A stretch of 64,000 bases of DNA, from assembly GCA_043228905.1 (NCBI GenBank), contig JBHGNT010000002.1:20026001-20090000 (forward strand). The letters are read 5' to 3'. This document shows positions 52,701 to 64,000 of the stretch, in pieces. The notes beneath the pieces are model-generated. The model saw nothing but the letters and a program-made list of their open reading frames with translations. It made no database searches and had not been told where the DNA came from. Numbering within the stretch: position 1 is the first letter of the stretch; each line of letters opens with the position of its first letter. This DNA is from Azolla caroliniana (taxonomy: Eukaryota; Plantae; Polypodiophyta). The translations under genes were made by a program, and so were the position numbers.

Positions 52701-55700
52701 TAAGAAACATTTTGGTAAGTAATTAAACCCTCTTATCGAATTCTTTGATAATGACAATCTCATACTATTTCATTTAGGAAATAGTAAGCTTATTTCTCTT
52801 GGCTGACCTATATGATAATTTAGGAAAGTTGACATTAATTTTCCTAGATGCATGTTGAGAAAACACATGTCAATGTCAAATCAACTCTAGGCATTGTGGA
52901 TCTAAGATTTGTGGCCTCGTAGACTTTGTAGAACCTGACGTAGATATGAGCAGCCAAAAGGATGATTCAATGGGTTTCGATATCCTTCTGATTATGAACC
53001 AGATAATGGATACTTGTTTTGCCTACTATCCTTTTTAAAAGCAATATTCAACCACACCAAAGGGATTCCTCTTTTTCTTCATGAAGTGATTTTGATTTTG
53101 TTATTGTCTATCAAAAACCATTTATCTCATCACATTTGATGATTTAAAGGAGAGGTTTGAAGATAGCTCTACCTCACCATGCCAGGAAATTCTCTCTTGC
53201 TATCCTCCAGGAAATCTGCCTACAAGTTTTAGTGGTCATGAATTGGATAAACTTATGTTGTTTTATAGAGATAAAACGTTCATTGAGGAATTGTTTTAAG
53301 ATTACCTCTGAGGTATCAACTTATTCTACATTTTAGATCTGTCATTTTAAATGTTATACATAATCTACATACTTAACAAGTAACTAACATTTCCAAAAAA
53401 AACAGGCCAAAAAACTATTGTTAGATAATACCACATATGATTGGAAATATCAAACTTGCAGGGAACTTGATCCTCTATTAGCACCAATGCCCCCATCAAC
53501 TAACATATGAGGGTTTGTGAGCCTTGTCACATATCATATAAATGTAATGTTCTAGTAGAGGATACATGTAAGGATGGATTAAGAATTCAAAATAATATCA
53601 AGACAAAGTTACATGATAGCATGGGTACAGAGTGTCTAGCCAGCCTCAATACAAATATAAATTTCAGGTCCTCTAATGTAGGGGTTCAAGTTTAACTTGG
53701 CAATAGAGCTATGGAGGAAGCTAGGGTCCTCCGAGTCACTAGGAATGCTTTTATAAAGAATGACTGAAGTCTTCTTTTTACTTTATGGTGTTTTAATTTC
53801 ATTCAAACACTGGATTTCAATGATAAAACCTACAAGGATTTTAAAACAATGATAAGAGCTGCAAATGGTTTCAGCACAATGCTAAAAGCCATAAATGATT
53901 TTGATAAATTGGTACACACTAAGTATTTAAATGTAGCAACACAATCTGCGAGGACTACAATTTAAAAACTTGATCAATGTGCTTGAAGGATTTATACACG
54001 ATGACAAATAGCTACAAGTATTTTAACACGATATTAAAAAGTCACCAAGATTTGAGTAAAATATCAAAAGTTGCCAGGATTAAGCATCAATGAAGGCCAC
54101 AACAAGGAATTAAACTCAAGCGATGGATCTGCAAGGATTTAAACTCAATCAACAGGCTGCAAAAACTTAAAATACAAAATTATGATTCTATAAAAACCAC
54201 GATGATTCTATACAAATGACAGAGGGTTATGAGATGTTAAACACACATTGACAGGCTTTAAAACTCACATCGATTAGCTGCAAATGTATGTAAATATAGT
54301 TCCTTTACTTACATTCGGCTCCTTGTGTTGCTATTGGCATCTAATCGCAATCCCCCTAGCTTGAGTTCCGAGACGGCAAGGTCTGAGAGAGTTGGCAGAG
54401 ATCTTCGTTTGAGAAACAATATCTTGTCCCTTTGAGGGGAAAAAGAAAGTGCTGGTGTCGGAGGAGCATCAACTATCTCTTGAATCTCAAGAGGTGGAAG
54501 CCGATAACCTAAAGCATTCTCTTCATCCTCTGCTGAAGGAGAACAAATAAGAAGCAGAATGTTAAAAAAACAGGGGAAAAAACCTACACTTAACCATTAC
54601 TCCTCTCCTAAAGAAGATTAACAACAAAGTGAACAAGAAGAAAATAAGTGATGATGTATTATGTGAGACCATTGCTTTTATGCATCATACACGAAACTTT
54701 CAAATGTCTCCACAATGACTGATTATAGATTCAACAATGTTTACCTTAGAACTGAAATTCGAAATTTCAAATATATATAAACTGGATGGTGCAATGGTAA
54801 AGCTAATGCTTTGCAACATTACAGCCATGGGTTCAAATTTCATATGCAACAGGTTTAATGTTGTATTCATTATAGAAACTCTTACATACTTATGGACTTC
54901 TTCTTTTTTGCTCTAAATCATTAGGAATGCAAACGATAGCATACATCACAAACAAAGAAACTATAGCATTGCTCTTTAAAAGGATATGCTAAAAAGAAAA
55001 TGGGCAAAGAGACCCTAACCCTAGACATTACTGACTCATCCACTGAAGAAGAGGATGAAACTAGAAAAAAGGGAAATTGAGGCCTAACATTAGACAGTTA
55101 TTCCTACCCTTCCAAATAAAAGAAGAACGAGTGAGGAAAGAAAAAGAGAAGAAAACATATCCTAACCGTAAACATTAGTCCTATTCTGAAAGAAGAAGGA
55201 AAAACAAACCCTGACCCTGGGCCTTCCTCGTCTAAAATAAAGAGGCAAAATCAGATGTGTGAATAAGTGAACAAAACGAAGAAAAATTGGAAAGTAAACC
55301 CTAACCCGAAACATTAATCTCCTGAAAGAATGTAAGATAAAAAATGGAAAATACACTATAATCCAACACAATGCTACTCAGAAAACAACAAGAAGGAAAA
55401 AGGATTCGGCAAAAAGAAGAAGAAAAATACGAGGAAGCACTACATATGAGAAAACAAACTCTAGCTCTAAAGCAAAATAGATGATTTTCTGGCGAACCTG
55501 AAACAGGGGAGACATGAGAACTGATGGATTGCAATCGATTCATGTTGGGGCTATTGAATAAGGACCAGTTTATACTTCTCCAAGAGTGTAACGATATTGT
55601 ACTTCTATGAATCTGTGAAATAGCAGATCTCGATGAGGATCGAAGCAAGGTGGAGCTATGTCGGTGGTGATGAGGGTGAGGAAGAAGATGCGGATGGGGA

Positions 55701-55846
55701 CGAGGTCGAGAATGGGAGTGGGAGTGGAGGAATGAGATGAGAGGTCGAGAAGCAGAAACAGAGAGTAGAAGAGTGGCAGAAGAAGAAGAAGAAGAAGAAG
55801 AAGCAGGAGATGAAGAAATGGCAGAGAGGCGGGGCAACACCATCAT
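46783..55846 (-). CDS. CGEP: Chloroplast glutamyl endopeptidase (prolyl oligopeptidase family S9D), about 975 aa with a Ser/His-rich transit peptide
   Basis: Fourteen GT-AG exons: 55846-55498, 54532-54313, 51135-51025, 50880-50832, 50756-50647, 50503-50000, 49820-49692, 49613-49320, 49227-48769, 48676-48611, 48523-48463, 48337-48188, 47358-47221, 47070-46783, totalling 2928 nt in frame. Motifs include GYRLPP.EI..IVDAPP, catalytic GGHSYGAFM, IHGEEDSNSGT and ESHG. Exon 1 and the start codon are least certain. Confidence 0.92.
47440..47950. repeat. Diverged internal repeats (about 95-100 bp, 3-4 copies) in a CGEP intron
   Basis: GGCCACAA..GAGATAATGGCTGAGATCCAGGAGAG..CTGATTCAG recurs at about 47499, 47594, 47685 and 47910. 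Confidence 0.7.
54783..54850 (+). other. Possible tRNA-derived SINE head remnant in CGEP intron 1
   Basis: An A-box-like TGGTGCAATGG and a B-box-like GGTTCAAAT lie about 42 nt apart. There is no cloverleaf and no clear TSD. Confidence 0.35.
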
Positions 55847-55893
55847 GATGACGATGATGATGATGGAGATGCCTGCTCGTGTCTATCTGCTAC

Positions 55894-56445
55894 TAACAGT
55901 ACGCAACGGCTCGGCTCAAACCTCACCAGAGCCGTTAAACCGTTATTCAACGGTTTGGCTGTTTAGCGGTTCGCTTCGGTTCATTTCAGGCTTGGGCTCC
56001 GTAGCCAGTTTGAGCTTAGTTTGGCAAGTCTCAAGCCGAACCAAACTGTTTCTTAAACCGGTTAAGGCTTAAACGGTTTGGTTAAAGCCGAACCAAACTA
56101 ACAGTACGCAACGGCTCGGCTCAAACCTCACCAGAGCCGTTAAACCGTTATTCAACGGTTTGGCTGTTTAGCGGCTCGCTTCGGTTCATTTCAGGCTTGG
56201 GCTCCGTAGCCAGTTTGAGCTTAGTTTGGCAAGTCTCAAGCCGAACCAAACTGTTTCTTAAACCGGTTAAGGCTTAAACGGTTTGGTTAAAGCAGTTACT
56301 AAACCGGTTTGGCCAAACCATGTTAACTGGTTTAGGAAGCTGTTTGGTTCAAGCTTGAAAACTCTCAAACCGGTTAAGGCTTAACCGGTTTGGTTTGGAC
56401 AAGGCTAAACCAATTTAGCCAAAATCGGACTCTTGTCGATTCCTA
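55894..56445. mobile_element. hAT-like MITE with a 205-bp tandem duplication, immediately upstream of CGEP
   Basis: It is AACCG/CGGTT-rich. Its ends, TAACAGTACGCAACGG and CTCTTGTCGATTCCTA, resemble the TIRs of the 2191 MITE. Positions 55892-56088 are repeated at 56097-56293. No TSD was found. Confidence 0.55.
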
Positions 56446-57440
56446 TTGAGATGACAAGCTCAACAGAAGACCGAAAGTCGGATCGACCGGAAGCGAAAAG
56501 GGTCGAAGAGGCCAAAAAGGCCATAGGGTCGAATCAGTTGTTAGTCGTTAGGATGTAGGGCTATAGGGCCGAATAGGACCTAGGTTATAGGAATATTATA
56601 GGTCTAGTAGATGTCAGATCTCTTGAATGAGTTCATTGAAGGTTGTCAACCTACTATCAGAGGCTTTGTATAAAAGGTGCTTTGTGAGCACATTGTAGTG
56701 AGTCGACAATTTTTGAAATATAGTTCTCAGTTATCGACTCACTTCAATTTTTGAAATGTAGTTCTCAGTTGTCTCTATGTGTATTATATCTACATCTCCA
56801 TCTCTGTGTTTACCTAACTATCTAACTGTTGCATACGGTGTGTTCGGCTCAGCCGATTATGTCTCTCTAGCTTCTGCACTTTTTCTTTTACATGGTATCA
56901 GAGCGCAAGGGTTAGGACTCTATCCTCTGCAGTCAACATTGTTGACACAGAACTAGCAACATGGACAGAGGAATGGGCGGTGCTCTACTGACGGAGAAGT
57001 TGGACAGAAGCAACTACGCATCTTGAGAGTACAAGATGCCCAATACCTACTCGAGCATGGGTACTGGAGTTATATCGATGGATCAAACGAGGTGATGCCA
57101 GAGCCTGCACACAAGGACTTTCTGACCTAGGAGTAGGCAGCAAGCAGAGTGCTCTACTTCCTTGCGTCATGTGTGCACGACCAGATGTTGGGCTACATCC
57201 GAGATGCAAAGACGCCAAAGGAGGGAGGCTTGGGAGAATCTAAAAAATATTTTCGTCGTGAGTACCATGGCCCACAAGTTGCAACTTTAGCAGGAGCTCA
57301 ACAATATCTGGCAAAAGGATATGTCGGTGACCAACCACACGACCAAGATTCAAGAAATATGTGATGCATTGGGATCCATCAATGTGACGGTGGACAAAGA
57401 TGCGATGGTCCAGATCTGTCTTGGAGGTTTAGTGCAGAGG
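56444..57440 (+). mobile_element. 5' remnant of a C1/C2-lineage Copia (LTR, PBS, degenerate gag)
   Basis: The LTR is at about 56444-56892, PBS TGGTATCAGAGC at 56893, and gag MDRGMGGALLTEKLDRSNYAS starts at 56961. Confidence 0.85.
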
Positions 57441-57700
57441 CACGTCTTGTGAATAAGGTCGTCAATATGTGGAAGACAAACAACACTTAGGTGTTGAAGA
57501 ACAAGAAGTTGATGATAGATTAGCTAGATTAATGGATTAAGGCCAAGAGTTCCAAGACAACATGAACAAAATCAAGATCAAAGACAAAGTGAAGGAGAGA
57601 GACACAGAGGCACAAATCTGTAACTACATTATTCAAAGGTTACAGAGTTCGGCTATAAAGTAATTGAGCTAGGGCAACTGCCCTTTGCTCTTATTAAAAC

Positions 57701-59068
57701 TGTAAAAGAAAATGTGAGCGAAAGCGTGTACGAAAGACAGCGAAGCGAGTACACAGTCGATTACTTAGAACTCGACAGTTAGGTAAACACAGAGAATAGA
57801 TATAGAGAGAGACAGAGAGAGCAAACAACAACACTTCTATTTCAAATAATAAACACTATGTACATACAATGTGCTCGGTGAGCACTTTTTATACAAGCCC
57901 AAACGAGCGGGCTGACACAAGTAGCATCAATACTTAAATGCTCATAAATGAGCCTGACACTAATTCTACCTATAATATTCCTATTTACTAAAATAGGAAT
58001 ATAGGCCTCCAATGGCCTATCGAAATCCCTCCGACTCGGCTTACCCGAATCGAACTCCATTCGATTTGGCTCTCAGCTCTTGGCTTCTTCAGCCCATTTG
58101 GCCCATGTTGAGTTTGTCTCTCAACACTCCCCCTCAAGCTCAACTTGAGGTTCCATCGTGTCATCTCTAGTTGGTTCGTCATTCCCGCCTCTCTTGTGTC
58201 TCGACGCCTTGCTCGTCTTGTTCGGTCCTATGTCCCATGACCCCTTCGGTCCGACGCTTTTTGACTCGTTAGGTTCCGTGCATCTCGACCTCTACGGTCG
58301 GCTTGTTTGCTACTCAAGCCCTTCTCAGTCAGCTCCCTCGTTGTCGCAATATTGGCGCCCCTCGACCTGTCCGCTCCTCTGTCTCGACGTCGACTTCGAC
58401 TGCCTTCTTGTCTGCTTGGCCTTCATGTAATTTGGCTCTTCTGAATCACCTTCCTCAATCGAATCAACTAGTTCTGATTTGTTCCAATTCTTGTTTGAAT
58501 CGGTTGTCTTCGATTCATCCTCCTTCAGACCCTTGACCACATTTGCCCATGTCTTGGTCCTGGCCTTCCCTTGGTCGGCTTTGTCGCCACTCTCGGCTCT
58601 TCCTCCCCTTGGTTCAGTTGGCTTTGGCTTGGGCTCTCTCTTTCGGCCGCTCCCCCTGCATCTGGCTAGTCTCCACTTAGTCGATCTTCTTCCACTTGTC
58701 CATGCGTCCTCGGCTTCTCCAGCCGATCCGGATGTTTCGACTTCTTCGGTCGTGCTGAAATCTAAGTCTTCATCCGATTCGGCTTTTCGGACTTTGTGTC
58801 TCTCCTTTTCGGCTTCACTCCTCCCCCTCAAGTTCAACATGTCGAGATGCTATAAGCCAAGCATACTTGAGAAATGTCGCAACTTGTCAAGGCCAAGAGG
58901 TTTGGTGAAGATATCGAAAACCTGCCAATCAATCGGAACATACACAAGTTCGACTTCAGCAAAGAGGACTCGCTCACAGACGAAATGATAATACACCACA
59001 ATGTGCTTTGTCCGAGCATGGAAGACGGGATTCTTCGCAAGTTGGATGCTGCTGAGGTTGTCGCAATA
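57701..59068 (-). mobile_element. 3' remnant of C1/C2-lineage Copia C3 (RNase H end, extension ORF, PPT, 3' LTR)
   Basis: The LTR is at 57701-58126 and the PPT at 58127-58137. The RNase H tail (NPVFHARTKHI) is at about 58840-59068, and the extension ORF is 58325-58840. Confidence 0.85.
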
Positions 59069-59289
59069 GCATCATCAAATACAAAAATACCCACAATGAG
59101 GTATATATACATCTCATGTGTAAAGGTGCAAATGTGTGAGTGGAATATAGGTACAAATGTGTAAGTCCTATATTAAATGAACATGGGAGTGGAGGATCTA
59201 CAATGTATCCCACTCGAGTACAAAATCCTATGTAAGGCTTTAAGGTCAACACACTAACAAGATTCTATCTAGGTAACCTATTAAGTTAT

Positions 59290-61250
59290 GCGTGTTGACT
59301 AACTAACTAAATCTAGTTGAGCTTGATATTTGTGTATGATCATTTGGTGTTCGGCGTGCTCTTCTGCCATGCGTTGGGACACCTTGATTTGCAATGTAAC
59401 CAGGAACTCCATGAGTTCGAAGGTGGTGCCGAATTGCACGAGGGCCCCGAATTCATGTGCCGTGTCTGGAATGTCCGGGGAGCTCGACACTTCCGCTTCA
59501 GATGTCAATACGCCCTTCGCCAATAGGGCATGGGACCACCCGGAAGGAGTTAATCATGTGGGTAGCTTCAGGGCGTCCTATAAGATAATCAACTGTGCTT
59601 TCCCCTCCTCCATGTGGGAAACATGCGAGCTCTTTTGAGCTCAGCCACTTGGCTAAACCATTATATATGACCATCGGGTGCCAACTGCCAAGTTCGAGCA
59701 AATGATGGCCAAAGCTCGTGGCGTCCGCACCTTGATCCTTTGATCTACGTGTGGTGCCTATATCTAAAGGATTGACATTTACCATTTCTAGGTTTCTATT
59801 CATCTAAAATACTGTGCATTGTCGGGATTGGGTTCTCGCATTGAAGTCTCCTACAAGGAATACTTCTCCTTGGGAAGAATATCGGATTTTTTCATCCGAT
59901 AGAGGTTCTTATGGGGAGGCCCATGTGGCACTCCTTCATCAACTAATCTCGCCTCGCCAGCTAGATTATAACGAGAGCCTTTCGGGGGGAAGTAACAAAT
60001 GGTGAAAAATACTACCTTGTCCTTGCTTGTGGAGACTTTCACCCACATAAAATGAGCTTTTGGGTTTGTCCTCAGTATTTCTATCCTATTATGTAGCTCT
60101 CTCCAAAACAATATTGCGACATCTCTAGATCCCCTGGTAGTGCATCGACGTGAGGTTTGTCTAAAAGCGGGCTCCCAACGAAATCCTTTGACTCGTGGGA
60201 GTCTTCTATTTGGGCTTTGGTGTGTTTCTACTAAGAAAAGTATATATGATACCTTTAATATCTCCTATAGGCGGCCGGGGTGTGTCCAGAGTGCGCCGTT
60301 ACAATTCCATAAGGTCATCTTAAGTGTATTTTCTGTCACATGGGCCACACGCTGTCAATTAGTAGTGTGATCATTTATGATCACTCGTCCGTCTCGATAA
60401 AAGGTGCGATGCCCTTCTTTACGATCTTGCATAACTCGTGGCATACAACTCTTGCGATGCTCAATTTGCATCTTAGTGAGGTCTTCATCGAGATAGATAG
60501 GGTCCCCACCCAATCCTCAAAGAATTGGTCTCTTCTTAAAGAAAGTGATTCGAGAGTCTAAGTCTTTTAATTTAAGGACTAAGGCTCTCTTCCTAGTTGT
60601 GTCACGTCTGGCCCTCCAAGCTTTGGTGATAGGTAGGGCCTCTGTGTACCCTAACATTTTCCCAAGTGTTTGTGCATCCTCGTATAGGGATGCACCTTCC
60701 TTGAGCCCAGTGACATGCACATTTAAGTGTCGGGCCTAACACATTTTCTCTTCTTCACGGGTGGAATTAAGAATATTTTCATCTTTTATTTCTTTTCTAA
60801 TGTTTCTTTTAACCACATTTACCCAACCCGTTTTAGCTAACTCTATGTTATTTTTAACTTCCACTTTACCGTTTTTAATCTCATCTTTTATATCCTCTAT
60901 GGAGGACATTCACCGTCCTCTCAAGATACCTCAATGTCATTAAGTTGTTTTTTAAGGTTGATGTTTTCCACTTTAAGTTTCTCTATTTCGGCCTTGAGGG
61001 CATCTTTTTCCTCTCTATCTTTTTTCTTGTGGGTTTCAACATCTTTCGCCCATTTTTTCATATCTACCTCTATTTTTGTTAGACGATTAAAAATATCTAA
61101 AAATTCCTCTTTACTTATAGCCCCATCCTGTATATCCTTATGTTCCTTAGCTCATTTAGACGTCATTGTGGCGTCAACAAGAAAAAGATAAAATAAATAG
61201 GTGCGAGACTTAGCCGAGTTTGTGTGTATGTTGCAGCCACATCGGCATTT
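59290..61250 (-). mobile_element. 5' half of a degenerate LINE (ORF1 coiled-coil/RRM-like region and ORF2 APE endonuclease)
   Basis: Minus-strand motifs LFLVETH, GVAIL, CYFPP, LVGDFNART and STVDYLIG mark an AP-like endonuclease. Upstream is a Lys/Glu-rich ORF1 with HVTGLKE. There are many stops and frameshifts, and boundaries are approximate. Confidence 0.75.
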
Positions 61251-61602
61251 CGTAGCACGCGACGAGCACACCAAAAGAACCCACCAACGGAGCTAAACAC
61301 ACCGCGAAGGTCAAGGATGCGTGGTCAAGAAAAGAACACGACACCAAGCAACATCAAGAAAAAGAAAGAAAAGAACATGGCATCACGACAGTACGGCCGA
61401 CAACGGCGATGGACGGTGAGAGAGGACCGCGCGGCAGCAAATCGTGCAGCACGCAAACGGTCGCAAACGGCAGTAGACAATGATAGACGGTCGTAGAGGG
61501 CTGTAGACGACAACGTGGCAGCATACGACAGTGCGATAGCACCACACGACAGTAGACAACAACAGATGGTGTCGTTGTTATCACAAACGGCTAGGAGGGA
61601 GG

Positions 61603-61605
<3 letters not shown>

Positions 61606-61669
<64 letters not shown>
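61606..61669. repeat. (GA)n microsatellite, about 32 units
   Basis: Seen directly in the sequence. Confidence 0.95.
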
Positions 61670-61673
<4 letters not shown>

Positions 61674-62136
61674 ATTATCGTCTTCGGAGGTCAAATATGA
61701 CCTATAAGACCAAAAATATTACATTTCACGTGATACGTGTGAAGGTGAGTAGCGACTCTCGATGTTCAAGAACTTTACCAACGAATGTTGCAATCGAGAG
61801 CGTACATCATGGTTGTGGGAGAAATTCATGCAAGGATTGGGCTCGATTGAAGAGATGTGGAAAGCATGGTCGAATATGATCAAAGATAGAGCATTGTATC
61901 AAAGTGTGATACTCAGACTCTCGAACTTGTTTAGGGCAAAGTGTGCATAGTCAGCCACTCTCATCACTTGTGCCCCAATGCCCTGTCTCACATCTCAATG
62001 CATGCGAGCTAAGTTGCATGGAAGCAATGGTTCGAATGGTAGATATCGGGATGGGCTCTGACATGTATCGATGTGTACGGCTTCCCCGTTCTGCGAAGAA
62101 TATGGTTTTGTAGTTAGGTGCAACATTTGTAGTATA

Positions 62137-64000
62137 TGACGCGAAATATTACTCGGCCACAACCGAGTCTCAGATCGTGTCGTTTAGAATTGAACACCGA
62201 GAATGGGAATGGAGGTGTACACACAGACAATATGAGAGAGGGTACACAGTATGTTAACATGGAAAACCCTAAATGGGAAAAACCACGTGAGTCCACAAAC
62301 TCCAACTATCACTATGTCGAGAGGAACACAACAAGTGAACACAGAGGCAACAACCTCTTGCTCACAATCTTTGCCTGGCGGCGGTTACAACAAAGAATCA
62401 CTCTGTATCTCTCTCTCTCTCTGCTATGCTCTGTACAACAGTTACAATCAATAACTCTATACAACAAATAATAACAACAACAACGAATAATAAACAAGTG
62501 TTTGCCCTAGGTCATATTTATACTAATATGACATTAGGACTATTTACAGGTATAGCCCTAATGGGCTCTCAGAAACATATTTACCTATATGTCCCTTTAT
62601 CCGGTGAGAGGTTCTCACCGAGCCTGCGTCATCCAGTTCTCACCGGGTCTTCCTTGCCGGGTACTCATCATCTGGTTCTCACCGGGCCTTCGTCATCCCA
62701 TCCGGAGGGACTGAGATCCTAACAAACTCCCCCTTCACTCCGGCATGGGATGCCTGGTTAGTCCTATTCGCTTCCGACATGCGTCCAACTTGTCGGGCGT
62801 CAGCACCTTGGTCAACATATCTGACCCATTGTCCTCTGTGTGGATCTTCGTCAGCACGAACTTTCGATCTTCCACTCGCTCCCGGATCCAGTGGTACCTC
62901 CGATGGATGTGCTTCGTCCTGGAATGATATGCCATGTTCTTTGCAAGGTGGATGGCACTTTGACTGTCGCAGTAGAGCCGATATTCCTCTTGCCGGATCC
63001 CTAGCTCTCCAATGAAGTCCTTCGTCCATAATATTTCCTTGTCGGCTTCCACGGCTGCCATGTACTCCGCCTCCGTGGTTGACAATGCAACCGTCTTTTG
63101 TAGCCTCGACTGCCACAAAACAGCTCCCCCTGCATATGTCATTACATATCCCGATGTTGACCGGCTGGTATCCGCATCAGCCAACATATCCGAATCGGTG
63201 AAACCGTCAAGTTGGGGTTTACTGGAGCTGAATCGAAGGCACATAGTTGAGGTGCCTTTCAAGTATCAGAGTATCCATTTTACTACATTCCAGTGCTCCT
63301 TACTGGGATTGCTCATAAACTGGCTCACCACTTTGACTGCGTATCTGATATCCGGTTGGGTCCACACCATTGCGTACATTAAACTCCCAACCGTAGAGGC
63401 ATATGGTATCTTCATCATATCCGCCTTCTCTTCTTTCGTCTTCGGGCTTTGCTTACCGGATAACTTGCGGTTTGCCGGGAATGTCGATCCGACCAATTTC
63501 GCATCTGACAAGTTGAACTGCTGAAGCACCTTTGTCACGTACTTCTCTTGTGACAACCACAATTGCTTCGTTGACCGGTTCCGGATGATATGCATCCCCA
63601 ATATCTGTCTTGCCAAACCCAAGTCTTTCATTGAGAAGGTCCGGTTCAGGGCCTTCTTCAGCATCCGTATCTTGACTCGGTCTTGTTCGACGATCAACAT
63701 ATCATCCACGTATAGGAGGAGTATCAGGAAGTCTCCTCCGTCAAATTTCTTCACAAACACGCAGTGATCGGCTTGCGTCTTGTGGTACCCTTGATCGGTC
63801 ATGAAGGAGTCGAACTTCCGGTACCATTGCTAGGGAGCATGCTTCAAACCGTATAGGTTCTTCTTCAACTAGAAAACCAAGTGCTCTTTCCCTTTCTTCA
63901 CAAATTCCTCCGGTTGCTACATGTAGATCTCCTTTTCGAGGTCGCCGTGGAGGAACGTCGTCTTCACGTCTAATTGCTCTACCTCGAGGTCCATGCTTGC
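62137..64000 (-). mobile_element. 3' part of Tnt1/Tork-like Copia C6 (RT, RNase H, PPT, 3' LTR); continues beyond the window
   Basis: The LTR at 62137-62724 is similar to 25358-25883. PPT GAAGGGGGAG is at about 62727-62736. Motifs include LLYVDDML, FTDSDM, ALSTTEAEY and RTKHIHRRYHWIRE, with an in-frame stop at about 63266. Confidence 0.9.

Noticed and set aside
55020-55060. Possible extra CGEP micro-exon after a good polypyrimidine/AG acceptor
   Set aside because: The available GT donors give lengths of 29, 41 or 47 nt, all of which break the reading frame.
61720-62130. Coding-like stretch between the (GA)n repeat and the C6 LTR
   Set aside because: Only short interrupted frames are present and I could not recognise any homology.

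Overview
This is eukaryotic land-plant nuclear DNA. A seed-free plant such as a fern is plausible, but that is inference only. About 1-41 kb and 56-64 kb are a deeply nested transposon landscape: several Ty1/Copia lineages, several Ty3/Gypsy elements and solo LTRs, two LINE remnants and hAT-type MITEs, most with resolvable LTRs, primer-binding sites (PBS), polypurine tracts (PPT) and target-site duplications (TSD). A gene island at about 42.7-55.9 kb holds two convergent, intact spliced genes: an EF-hand Ca2+-binding protein (+ strand, 4 exons, 367 aa) and chloroplast glutamyl endopeptidase CGEP (S9D; - strand, 14 exons, about 975 aa). Four observations stand out. (1) One tRNA-Trp-primed Gypsy LTR family carries a conserved antisense tRNA-like Pol III module (A box, B box, T-run) in all five copies. 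(2) That family and related LTR families make 4-bp TSDs centred on CpG, mostly ACGT. (3) A non-autonomous Gypsy contains a 259-bp near-perfect inverted repeat of mostly pol sequence, a candidate hairpin-siRNA 'killer' element. (4) One Copia lineage has two PPT-like tracts flanking a conserved in-frame C-terminal extension of Pol. All coordinates and alignments were derived by eye, and no database searches were run.
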